DNA of 62,562 nucleotides from a virus: UHGV virus genome UHGV-0106067; one strand, 5' to 3'. Shown piece by piece: positions 27,446 to 37,376 of this stretch (position 1 is its first letter; each line of letters starts with the position of its first letter). The notes under the pieces were generated by a model. It saw only the letters and a program-made list of their open reading frames with translations, ran no database searches and was not told where the DNA came from. The position numbers and the translations under genes were made by a program.

Positions 27446-28673
27446 CGTGCCAGAAAATTTTATCAGCATACAACTCATACGCATCTTTCTGTTCCGACAA
27501 CCAGTCGTGTTTATTATACACGGCCATAACTCCCCCAAGTTCATGCCCCAGCATTTTTTCAGTGACGTGGGGCATAATTCCTTCCCCAGATAAATTCGTT
27601 ACCAGAGAACGCCTAAAATCATGCGTTCTCCATTCAGGAATATCAATTTTCTCCCTTAACTTTTTCATGTACAAATTAGCCGACGAACGATCAATAGGTT
27701 TATCTATTTCCTGCCCGGGGAATAGCACATCAAAACCCGCATTAAGCAATCTCTCGATATAAGGTTTAACCTGAGTGAATACCGGACGCCGGATAATATT
27801 CCCCATTTTTGAATGCTCTTTTGGGGTTGTCCAGACCAGATCTTCCATGTTGAACTCACTGGCTGTCGCGAGACGTAGCTCAGAAAGTCTGGCCCCCCAT
27901 AGCAATAGCAATTGATGTAACACCTTGTTGGAAGTAACTACTTTTGAGTTCTCCAGCGCCAGCCAAATTTTTGCCAGTTCCGTATAGGTAAGTACACGAC
28001 TCCCTACATCTGGTTTTTTCCCAATATTCTTAACACTAAGCTTGAGTAATTCGCATGATGGGATTAACTGGCGGCTGATACACCAGTTAATAACTGAACG
28101 CAGTTGTAACAACAAAACACGAGCCTTTTTCTTGTTGAGGCTTTCTTGTTTGTCAAAGAAACGAGCCCATGCCGATACTGGGATACTGGCAACTGGCGAG
28201 CCTTCAAACTGTGTGTACATAGTGTTGTACACGACGGATCTGTAAAGCGTCTGTGTATTGGGTTTCAGATCAGTAACATACTTATCCCACCACTGATCCA
28301 GGCATTCTTTTAATGTCAGTTCGCCGTCACTGGGCGCAAAATAATTTTTAGGGTTAACTCCCTTCATGTACAATGCGCGCATCTCACCGACGATAACACG
28401 CGCGTCCTTCAGTGAAGTAGACGGATAGCGCCCGACAGTAAGACGTACTGGCTTACCATTCCAGCGATAACGGTACTGAAACGTGATAGTTCCTGCTGGA
28501 GTAATCCGCACACTTAACCCGTCACCATCGGTGATTTCAGCAGGGCCAGAGTAGGGTTTTCCGTAGAGGCCTCGTAGTTTGGTGTCGCTCAGTGCCAATG
28601 CTTTATATCCTGTACACAAGTTTATAATGTATTCTGTACTCAATATGTACGCATTAGCAAGTGAACAAAACAC
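27429..28673 (-). CDS. int: tyrosine integrase (P4-type, DUF4102 N-terminal domain)
   Basis: ...LSDTKLRGLYGKPYSG... N-terminus and C-terminal HDFRRS...LGH...Y catalytic region. True start probably downstream of the track start. Confidence 0.85.
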   Translation of the reverse strand: MFCSLANAYILSTEYIINLCTGYKALALSDTKLRGLYGKPYSGPAEITDGDGLSVRITPAGTITFQYRYRWNGKPVRLTVGRYPSTSLKDARVIVGEMRALYMKGVNPKNYFAPSDGELTLKECLDQWWDKYVTDLKPNTQTLYRSVVYNTMYTQFEGSPVASIPVSAWARFFDKQESLNKKKARVLLLQLRSVINWCISRQLIPSCELLKLSVKNIGKKPDVGSRVLTYTELAKIWLALENSKVVTSNKVLHQLLLLWGARLSELRLATASEFNMEDLVWTTPKEHSKMGNIIRRPVFTQVKPYIERLLNAGFDVLFPGQEIDKPIDRSSANLYMKKLREKIDIPEWRTHDFRRSLVTNLSGEGIMPHVTEKMLGHELGGVMAVYNKHDWLSEQKDAYELYADKIFWHAKQLG

Positions 28674-28939
28674 TTTTCAACGCAAAAGAAGATAATCAAC
28701 CATGAACAAAAACGAACTTACACCTTGATTTTAAAACCATAAAGACGGTATTATCAGTCATATGGTGAACAACCAAAATCAATACGCAACAATGTCCTCT
28801 TAGTTAAATGGATATAATGAATACAAGCATTAACTAATTGATTTAAATACAGAAAGCACCAAAATAATCGTCATATCCGTACCCATTTATGTACACATCC
28901 CGTTAAGCATGCCCCGCACTTCCGTACGGGGCATGTTCT
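28674..28939. other. AT-rich candidate attP region between int and the last late gene, with a 9-bp-stem hairpin (catgccccg...cggggcatg)
   Basis: Position adjacent to int. AT richness. Core not identifiable without a host site. Confidence 0.3.
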
Positions 28940-31900
28940 TTACTCCACTCCCACTTTTTTGTTGTACTCGCGGTTAAACCGATCCACGGCAATTTTCATA
29001 TCCCGCTCAACCGATTTCACCATCGCCGACTGTTGCGCCAGACTGAGAGTACTGTCGGCGTAAATGGCATCACGCTGTTTACGCAAATCCTTCAGTCTCT
29101 TCCGGGTATCCTGCATAAGCCCGTTCATCAACAATTTTCCGTTGTTCTCGTCAATGAACGCCGTTCTTTCTGCACCGGTCAGACTCTTCAGCTCTGCGTG
29201 ATACTGCGCAACCTCTGTCATCCGGTCGTACATCTTCTGCTGGTCTGCATACGGCATCACCTCACCCGAAATTTTCCCCAGGAAGGGCACCTGCTGCTCC
29301 GGTATATCAATACCGTTCAGCGATTTCACCGCCGCATCTGTGGTTTTGGAAATGAAGCGCCCTGTCCCTCCGGAGATATAGTCAATCCAGAATTTCAGCG
29401 ATTCCGGTGTGATATCCACCGCGCCGGGACGATACTGGCTGCCACCTGAGAACGCATTCAGCCAGGATGCAAACGCCTTGTACGCCTCAGGCGTTGAACG
29501 TCTGCCCAGCTGGCTGTCCGGTTTCGGTGTGCCAAATGGCATGTTCTCCTGGTAAATCTGCGCCCCCATGAAGTTTTCATTCATGGCAAGGTTCGCAAAC
29601 GGACGCAGAATGGTCGGCGCTGCATTTTTCAGCAATGCCCCGGACAGTGTTTCCGACGTTTCACTGCCCACAGGACTGAATGCCCCCAGGATACCACCGA
29701 CAACATTACCGGCAGCACGTGAAGCAGTCAGGTCGCCCGCTGCCACACCTTCAGCAGTATGCCCGAGCAGGAAGAAAACGTTGTACCCGTAAGGCAGAGG
29801 AATACTCCAGTACTCTCCGGCCTTGCCCCCGAACACCGATTTCATAATGACGAGGTTACGCTCTTTCACATGAGACGGCACCTTGTCATACCAGTTAACC
29901 CCGTCATCATCCTCCCCCGCAACACTGCGGTTAAGCGAGCCAAGCAGATAACCCGCTCCCACAGCTGCAAGCGCGATTTTCTGCGGTACATTGAGATTCT
30001 TCCAGCGAAGGCGCTCCGGTAACGGCCCGTCGCCATTAAGATGTCCGAGCGTTCTCACCAGGTTTGCGGTCCCCTGAATGCTGGCGTTGGCAAACATATA
30101 CAGCGAGTTCATCAGCGCTCCCTGCTCACCACGACGGTTAAAGTTCACCGTCATGTTTTTGGCAAGAGATGCCGCCTGCTGGCGTGACAAACCGGCATCA
30201 CGGGCGTGTTTATAGGCAGAAAGACGCAGAGCGTTTTCAACCGCGCCGTTGGCATCCTCGACCAGGTTCAGGAACGAATGCCATGCACCGATACTCTGGC
30301 CTTTCCATCCTCCCTTCGCCAGCGATACAAGGCGATCCATTTCCTTCTGCTGGCCTTCAAGGTCACCCATGTTAAACCAGCCGGTTTTACCTCCATCCTC
30401 AACAAACTCTTTCCACACCTTCTGCCACTGCGCACCGTTGCCCGTGAGGGTTTTACCACGCAGACTGGCGTATACGGCAGACATGGCAGACCGGCTGTCT
30501 TTCACCACAGCCAGGGCGGATAAGTTATCCAGCCCTTTCAGTTTACCGTCGCTCCTTCCCTGCTCAGCCTTCAGGTTCATCACCGCCGTCTGCACGTCAC
30601 GGATGAAGTTACTGACCAGAAATTCCGGGTTATACGACGTGTTCACCGTTGCCAGGAAACGGTTAACTTTCCCCAGCGTACGGATTACGGCGTTACTGGT
30701 TTCCGGCCCCATGTTCTTCATCGCACGCATCAGGCGCGGGTCATGGAGTTTGATGTAGTAAGTTTTGCCGTCCTTTTTGGTGGTGAAGTAGCGATCCGCC
30801 ATCATTGCCATAGGCACCGGACGTTCAACAACTTCGCGACGGGTTTCGCCGGTTTCCGGATCAACACGCTCTGCAATCGCCCGCATGGTGTCCGGTTTGT
30901 CATCAGTGAATACCTGCCAGTAATCCTTATCGGGATTATCCTGCACCAGTTTCAGGAAGGCGTTACCCACTTCGTTTTTGCGATTGCGGATCAGCGATTC
31001 GCTCAAATCCTGTATCGCCTGAGTGGAAGGAGACTGTGCGCGGGATGCACGCCCCATGGCCTGCCTGCTTTCACGTCCGCCGATGGTGAAGCCCTTACCT
31101 GCACGGGGCAGTGACACCACACCGTCAACATCCTGACCTTTCAGGGGAACGTAGTAACGGTAGGCGTTCTGCCAGGCATCCACCACACCGCTCTCTTCCA
31201 GTCCGGCCTCACGGATAAGCTCACGGCGACGGGCCAGCATATCGTCAACAATCCCTGCCAGACGGTCATACTGTGCCTGTTTGCCACTGTTACGCACACG
31301 CTGCATGATTTCCGCCGCTTCCGCGTTGGTCATCCCCGAACCGCCGTCCGGCATTTTCGGGTTGATTTTCGCGATATGCGCGTTACGTTCCGGCGCGTGA
31401 CGGGCGTAGAGGTACTCATCCAGATCGGCCTGCGCAATTTTGTAGTCCGCCAGTAATTTAGCCAGTGGCTGAACGTAGCGCTCCTTCATCACGTTCAGGT
31501 CGTTTTCCGCCTTCCCGTGGAAGAGTTCTTCAGCCATATAGGCGTTATTGCTGTCATCTATTTTTCCGCCAGTTTTACGGATATTCTCCTGCACCGCCTT
31601 CAGCACCTGGAATTTATCCTGCATCTGGCGAACAAAACGGGATGCAATTGTCTCTTCCGGTGTCAGACTGCTGGTACGGGAGTAATACGGCCCCTTGCGA
31701 ATATCTTCAGGATAGAGTATTTTATCTACAGAGCCGCGATAAGAATGTTCCCCTTTGGGCAATTGAAGCCCTCTGTGCAGAAGGTTATCGCGGCTTAATT
31801 TTTTCTTCCGGTAAAGCGTTAATCCGGCTTTATCCAGACTATTTGCCTTATTCATTCCTCCTTCCGTACCGTAAACCGAAGCTACCTTGTTGATTTCCAG

Positions 31901-34900
31901 GCGCGACCGGACAGCCTTCATGTGTACCGCTGACACTACAGGATCACCATTTTTATCCATGGCATCAAGCAGCATCACAACCGCATTTCTTTCTGTCGCG
32001 GAACGGTAAATTGCATCCGGATCGTGCATCAGTTCCGGTAGTCTCTCGATAACATCCATCGGCACCACATGTTTCACTCCATTGGTGGCCTTACGCACAG
32101 TGTCGCGGGAGATAACCAGCGGCAAATCTGGTGCGCCAAGGTGACGCAATACCGGCGGCGTACGCCCGATGTTTACCGTTAAATCTGTGGTGCGCAGAGA
32201 CTTCATCATTCTGGCAAGGTCATCACGATAACGCTCGCCCTCACCTTCCGGCACTTTGAACGGATCAGTCTTACCGCTACGGGAGTACTGAGACGATGCG
32301 CCAGCGCCATCCTCACGCGGCGTGTAACCTTCCCGCACACGCTGGCCTAACGTGCGAATAGTTTCGCGAACAAGTCTGATATCGTTCAGCTCTGTCGGCT
32401 TCAGTAACCCCGTGCGACGCAGTACCCCTTTGACCAGGGCAACAACACGCTCCCACGCCGCCACAAATTTATTCGGCTGTTTCTCCGCCATATGTGCCAG
32501 AAATTCACCTGCCTGCACTTCCGGTGATTCCTTAGCATAAGACGCATCAACCTTACGCCAGGCTTCACGGATGGTGGCGTTATCACTGTCACGGGTTTTC
32601 AGCACGGTCTTAATAATCGTCTGATATTCCGCTGGCGTGACTACATGCTCCATTGCATGGTGAATAATCTCGTGACGTAACTTCTCGCGAACGGTCCGCC
32701 CATCAGGGATGTTATCCGCCACCAGGACAATTTCACGTTTATCCGGACGATAGAACGCGTGCACCTTGCCGTAACCGTCGAATGATTCACCCGCCAGTGC
32801 TTCAGCCTCTTTCTGTGACTTCACCACGCGGACCTTCAGGTCACTGTCCTTAATGCCACTAATCACGCCACGGGCAACAGCTTCAACCTGCGGGACCGGA
32901 CTGCCTTTGGCTTCCGCACTACGGTTAACATCCGAAATCAGATTGCCTTCAGGTGTGCGGGTCACGCCCTTACGGGAATAAAACGCAACTCCCTTGTCCG
33001 TCTCACGGGTTTTCAGTGTTCGGAACAAGTGATCGAATGCCTCACGAATACCGCCATCCAGTTCTGCATTCGTCGGATAAGCGTAGGTGTCCGGCTGTCC
33101 ATGGTCATCCGCCTTACGGATATTGACCAGATAATCATTCTCCACGCCAGCCATACGCGCTTTATCCTGAACATAACGCTCAAAGGCTCGCGCCGCCATT
33201 TCAACATCCGTTGACCAGTACGGTTTTGAACGAACGCCATCCAGGCGTTCAGAACGACGCAACATGTCACTGCTGTTAATGGCTTTCATCACGCCTTTAA
33301 ACGCGTCGTAAACCTCCTGACGTACCGGATATTCCGCATCAACATACCTGCCGTCTTTAAATACGCGCCCGGCACGCTGTGCTTCCGTCATATAGTCGCC
33401 ACCTGACGTGATCTTCCCGTCAGTGGAAACATCATAACGACCAAAATAATTATCCAGTGAATGGAACCATTCGTGGGCCAGCGCCCCCGGTCCGTTACCT
33501 TTTGTCAGGTTGATTGCCACCTCACCCGGCTCATAGTGTGCCGCCGCCTTACCCTTACCACGGGCACCAAAAGCAAGCCCAAGACGACCGTTCAGAGAAA
33601 GCGCTTTTGTCGGCACGTTCAGCACGTCAGCCAGGTCATGCAGCGAGTCATAAGCCCGGTTCAAATCAGCCTGACGACGCGGACTTTCCACATAATTACC
33701 AAACTGCACACCACAAAAACCAAACGCATCACTGAACTGCTCCGGCGAAACATCCCCCTTGCGGCGTTCTGGTCCGGTACGATCGCGGTTGGTGGCGTTA
33801 CGCTGCTCCTCACGCGAGACTTCACGCAGCGCCTTCACCTGATTAACCAGCTCATCACGATGTGTGCGCACATAATCATGTGCATCACGGGCAGACTCAA
33901 AACCGCCCTTCAGTTTCTGCCTGTTTTTGCCATAACCGATAAAAATGTCGCCACTGGCCTTATGCCGGTACACGTCAAAGGTTATTCTGTCATCAGCAGA
34001 GGTTGCTGGCGTTTCCCTTTCTCTGGAGCCTTGTTCATCGAAATATGCTTTCGCCTTTTTCAGTAACTCATCCCGGCTTTCCGAGAAAAAGAGGTCGCGC
34101 CCCTTGCTATCACGAAGCGAATACATCATTTGCGGCGGATCGTAACGTTTTCCCCCGACAAACGAATAAACACCGGACCTGACACGATAGCCGGATGCTT
34201 TATCAATCTGCAATGCAGAAAGCGTACGGAGCAGTTTCCAGGTATCCGACATGCTCCGTAACCCCGGCTTACTGTCCATCATATCAGCCAGTTTCGCTGC
34301 CGGAATTTTCCCCTCCAGCATACCGGCAGTAGCTTCGCGACCGCTTTTAACAATGCTGATCCATTTCTGCATGTTACGGCTTGTTCTGGTGGGAATTTCA
34401 CTGCGATACAACGCCATCATTGCCAGCGTGTCACTATCCACACCTTCTTTTTCCAGACGGGCATAATCCGGCTTTGGAAACAGTTTGCTCAGTGGTTGTG
34501 TCGCGTACTCCCCATCCTCCAGCGTTTTACCCATAGCTTCAGCAAGCTGCGCATAACGGTGTTTTGCCGCGCCCTTAATCTCCTCGCCAAAGTCTTCAAT
34601 TTTCGCACCACGCGCCTGCTGGTGAGTGCTCGGTTTATCTACCGGCACCGGCACCTCAGTATCCGGAACATCGGTTATGGTCTGGCGATTATCCCCGGTC
34701 TGTCTGCGCGCTTCTGCCTGCTGTGCCAGTTCCGGAAGGGAGTCACGAACCATACGAGGGAGTGATTCAGGCTGTGGCATATCAACCCCACGCTGACTTT
34801 CAGGTGCAGGAAGTCCTTCACGCATTGGTGCTGTGGCGTTCTGCTCATCCGGTGACGGCAGACCACGACGAACTGTTTCGCCCTCCAGTATTTCCCCCTG

Positions 34901-37291
34901 GCGACCAGCGGCATTTTCCGGTGCCTGCGCACGTCCTTTCTGGAAACTCTGGCCCTTCACCTCACCGGTTGTGGTAAAACGACCACCACGTCCGGCCTGA
35001 TTTTCATCCGGCGTACGCGCTACTTCTCCTGGTAACGGATATCCCTGTCCGGGATGAATATCGCCGGGAGCGGGAAGGCGTGGACGCTCAGTTAACTCCT
35101 GTGCTGTCGGACCGGCATCACCTTCAGCCATCTGGGAACGCACCAGTTCTTCCGCCGTCGGCGCGTTGCCACGGGCAAGACGGGCCTGCACTTCTGTATC
35201 ATCCCCCGTAAAACCACGGAATCGCGGGTCACGCATGAACGCGGGCTGTTCCATCGGATCAGCATCAGTAATACGCTCTCCGTCAGCCAGAGTGTTAATG
35301 GTCTCCGTTGCCACATCTTCAGAGAACGCAGGATTATCCATTTCAACGGCATACTGATTCTCGCCTTTCTTCACTACGGACGGTTTCAGGCCGGTGGCGC
35401 TGGCATTGCGGAAAACGTCGCTCCCCAGAGCACTTTTTTCATCCGTGAAATAACGGTTGTCCGGACGCACCTTTTCAATGCGTTCTGCTGGTCTGGACGC
35501 ACCACTCCCGTTAATTTCAATACGAACTTCATCCGGATCGCGGAACCGCACCGTCGGGTAAATACTCCCGTCGCCATCATCCGCATTTTCCGGCTGTGGC
35601 TGTGCCTCCGGTCTGGCCTCCTGCTGAGGGCGAAGCACATCACGGATAGCCTGTAACTGCTGCTCTTCAGTATCAGTACGCCCTTCCTTCAGGCTGAGTT
35701 TTCGGTATTCCTCAAGCAGTTCAGGGCGCGGCTTCGCCTTCAGCTCATCCATCACCGCCTGTCGCTTCGCCTGTTCATCCAGTTCATTTAACAGCTGGCT
35801 GGCGGCTTCCCGGCGATGAACGGCAGACGTGTCTCCCTCAGGTGCCATATCCGCATCAGCATACTGTTCCAGAAGTTGCTCGCGATTCATGCCCTGCATG
35901 GATTCGCGATGCTGTGCCACCGGATCAGCCGGTTCGGGTTGCGGGGCTGCTTCACCCTGCTGTACGACTTCAGCCTCACGCATGGCGGTTTCTTCTGCGG
36001 CCTGACGTTTTCCACGATATCCGGCAACCGCACCGAACGGTGCGCCCATCGCTGCACCAAGAGCGGCTCCTTCGATCGTTGCGTCAGCTACCCCCTCCCA
36101 TGGTGATACATCCATTCCGGCAGTCTCACGCAACGTCATATTTTCCTGGTAACGCGAATAGCCGCCCTGCGCCGCATTAATCGTCCCCTGTTCCGTGGCA
36201 TTTCTGACAATGCCGCTTTTAACGGTCTTCGCCGTGCCCCGCATCGCCAGATTAAACAACTGAGCATCGCCCAGTTTTGCCGCCATGGCATTCACAGCCA
36301 GCAATTCAGGATCGGTTGCCAGCTGCGCGCGCACCTCATCGGCAACACGCTCTTTTGCCAGATCCATTTTCTGGCGATCAGTAAGCTGTGCGTGCTGCGG
36401 ATCTGCATCAATTGACAAAAACGTCTGCTGAAATTTCGGGGACTTCGCCAGCTCAGAGTAATCCGCGTTAAGAACAGAGTCTGCTGCTGCCATTGCACTC
36501 TGCCCCTGTGCGCTGGCTGAGGAATGGGTGATCAGGCCTGCCTGGAATAAATCCGGCATTTTTTTATCGACAGCTTCTGCTGCCAGTGCGGTAGCTCTTT
36601 CCGGCTGCATCCCTGCCGCAATGTATTTTTTCTCCAGCCCGGCGGTCAGCACTTTTCGCAGAGTGACTTCACCCAGCTTTTTAGTCACACCGCCTGCAAC
36701 CATATCAGGTACAAGGGCACCAATCAGGTTTACGCCCTTCGCCACCCAGACCGCAGAATCATCATAGCCTTCAGTCATCGGTGTATTCAGCGCCCGCTGC
36801 GCCCCCGGCGACATCTTGCCAGTCAGCCATTCATCCGAGGCTTTAGCGCCGCCACTGACTGCCTTGCCTGTGACCTTCAGACCTTTACCGACAGTATCAG
36901 TAACCGCATTTTTTCCATCAGGCAGAGTGTCGATGACCTCATCCGCCCCCTTGCTGCCACCGACAAAAATATCCTGAACAGTTGCGACTCCCGGCAGCCC
37001 CATACGGCTGAACTCATTTAAAATACGCGCCCCTGTTTTTACCGGGCTCTGAATCATCGCATCACCGAGTCCACGGGCCATTTCCCCTGCCCCCCGGACA
37101 GACTGGGCGACACCTTTCCCCATCGTTGGTAATACATCACTCAGGCTGAACGATGTGCTGTGATCAACAGCGTTCTCCGGGTTGTTGAAAAAATCCTGCC
37201 AGTAATTTTCGCCCGGCTGCTTAATGTTCAGGCTGCTGCGGTTCCGGTTACCCAATTGTGCTTCAGGGCGCTGTTCATCTGAATAAGCCAT
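28940..37291 (-). CDS. giant virion/ejection-type protein (2783 aa) containing a zincin HExxH motif (ALAHEWFHSLDNYFG)
   Basis: Single uninterrupted 8.35-kb ORF at the distal end of the tail module. Many antisense ORFs in the track are artefacts of it. Confidence 0.65.
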   Translation of the reverse strand: MAYSDEQRPEAQLGNRNRSSLNIKQPGENYWQDFFNNPENAVDHSTSFSLSDVLPTMGKGVAQSVRGAGEMARGLGDAMIQSPVKTGARILNEFSRMGLPGVATVQDIFVGGSKGADEVIDTLPDGKNAVTDTVGKGLKVTGKAVSGGAKASDEWLTGKMSPGAQRALNTPMTEGYDDSAVWVAKGVNLIGALVPDMVAGGVTKKLGEVTLRKVLTAGLEKKYIAAGMQPERATALAAEAVDKKMPDLFQAGLITHSSASAQGQSAMAAADSVLNADYSELAKSPKFQQTFLSIDADPQHAQLTDRQKMDLAKERVADEVRAQLATDPELLAVNAMAAKLGDAQLFNLAMRGTAKTVKSGIVRNATEQGTINAAQGGYSRYQENMTLRETAGMDVSPWEGVADATIEGAALGAAMGAPFGAVAGYRGKRQAAEETAMREAEVVQQGEAAPQPEPADPVAQHRESMQGMNREQLLEQYADADMAPEGDTSAVHRREAASQLLNELDEQAKRQAVMDELKAKPRPELLEEYRKLSLKEGRTDTEEQQLQAIRDVLRPQQEARPEAQPQPENADDGDGSIYPTVRFRDPDEVRIEINGSGASRPAERIEKVRPDNRYFTDEKSALGSDVFRNASATGLKPSVVKKGENQYAVEMDNPAFSEDVATETINTLADGERITDADPMEQPAFMRDPRFRGFTGDDTEVQARLARGNAPTAEELVRSQMAEGDAGPTAQELTERPRLPAPGDIHPGQGYPLPGEVARTPDENQAGRGGRFTTTGEVKGQSFQKGRAQAPENAAGRQGEILEGETVRRGLPSPDEQNATAPMREGLPAPESQRGVDMPQPESLPRMVRDSLPELAQQAEARRQTGDNRQTITDVPDTEVPVPVDKPSTHQQARGAKIEDFGEEIKGAAKHRYAQLAEAMGKTLEDGEYATQPLSKLFPKPDYARLEKEGVDSDTLAMMALYRSEIPTRTSRNMQKWISIVKSGREATAGMLEGKIPAAKLADMMDSKPGLRSMSDTWKLLRTLSALQIDKASGYRVRSGVYSFVGGKRYDPPQMMYSLRDSKGRDLFFSESRDELLKKAKAYFDEQGSRERETPATSADDRITFDVYRHKASGDIFIGYGKNRQKLKGGFESARDAHDYVRTHRDELVNQVKALREVSREEQRNATNRDRTGPERRKGDVSPEQFSDAFGFCGVQFGNYVESPRRQADLNRAYDSLHDLADVLNVPTKALSLNGRLGLAFGARGKGKAAAHYEPGEVAINLTKGNGPGALAHEWFHSLDNYFGRYDVSTDGKITSGGDYMTEAQRAGRVFKDGRYVDAEYPVRQEVYDAFKGVMKAINSSDMLRRSERLDGVRSKPYWSTDVEMAARAFERYVQDKARMAGVENDYLVNIRKADDHGQPDTYAYPTNAELDGGIREAFDHLFRTLKTRETDKGVAFYSRKGVTRTPEGNLISDVNRSAEAKGSPVPQVEAVARGVISGIKDSDLKVRVVKSQKEAEALAGESFDGYGKVHAFYRPDKREIVLVADNIPDGRTVREKLRHEIIHHAMEHVVTPAEYQTIIKTVLKTRDSDNATIREAWRKVDASYAKESPEVQAGEFLAHMAEKQPNKFVAAWERVVALVKGVLRRTGLLKPTELNDIRLVRETIRTLGQRVREGYTPREDGAGASSQYSRSGKTDPFKVPEGEGERYRDDLARMMKSLRTTDLTVNIGRTPPVLRHLGAPDLPLVISRDTVRKATNGVKHVVPMDVIERLPELMHDPDAIYRSATERNAVVMLLDAMDKNGDPVVSAVHMKAVRSRLEINKVASVYGTEGGMNKANSLDKAGLTLYRKKKLSRDNLLHRGLQLPKGEHSYRGSVDKILYPEDIRKGPYYSRTSSLTPEETIASRFVRQMQDKFQVLKAVQENIRKTGGKIDDSNNAYMAEELFHGKAENDLNVMKERYVQPLAKLLADYKIAQADLDEYLYARHAPERNAHIAKINPKMPDGGSGMTNAEAAEIMQRVRNSGKQAQYDRLAGIVDDMLARRRELIREAGLEESGVVDAWQNAYRYYVPLKGQDVDGVVSLPRAGKGFTIGGRESRQAMGRASRAQSPSTQAIQDLSESLIRNRKNEVGNAFLKLVQDNPDKDYWQVFTDDKPDTMRAIAERVDPETGETRREVVERPVPMAMMADRYFTTKKDGKTYYIKLHDPRLMRAMKNMGPETSNAVIRTLGKVNRFLATVNTSYNPEFLVSNFIRDVQTAVMNLKAEQGRSDGKLKGLDNLSALAVVKDSRSAMSAVYASLRGKTLTGNGAQWQKVWKEFVEDGGKTGWFNMGDLEGQQKEMDRLVSLAKGGWKGQSIGAWHSFLNLVEDANGAVENALRLSAYKHARDAGLSRQQAASLAKNMTVNFNRRGEQGALMNSLYMFANASIQGTANLVRTLGHLNGDGPLPERLRWKNLNVPQKIALAAVGAGYLLGSLNRSVAGEDDDGVNWYDKVPSHVKERNLVIMKSVFGGKAGEYWSIPLPYGYNVFFLLGHTAEGVAAGDLTASRAAGNVVGGILGAFSPVGSETSETLSGALLKNAAPTILRPFANLAMNENFMGAQIYQENMPFGTPKPDSQLGRRSTPEAYKAFASWLNAFSGGSQYRPGAVDITPESLKFWIDYISGGTGRFISKTTDAAVKSLNGIDIPEQQVPFLGKISGEVMPYADQQKMYDRMTEVAQYHAELKSLTGAERTAFIDENNGKLLMNGLMQDTRKRLKDLRKQRDAIYADSTLSLAQQSAMVKSVERDMKIAVDRFNREYNKKVGVE

Positions 37292-37376
37292 ACAGACTCC
37301 AGTAAAAAAAAGCCCGACGCGATGGTCGGGCGTAAGTGAACGAGATTAACGGGAAGTGCGTTACTGCCGCGTAACT

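Noticed and set aside
29033..36767. Dozens of plus-strand ORFs of 60-200 aa overlapping 28940..37291
   Set aside because: Antisense to a single uninterrupted 2783-aa gene with consistent coding character. None has an SD or a recognisable fold.
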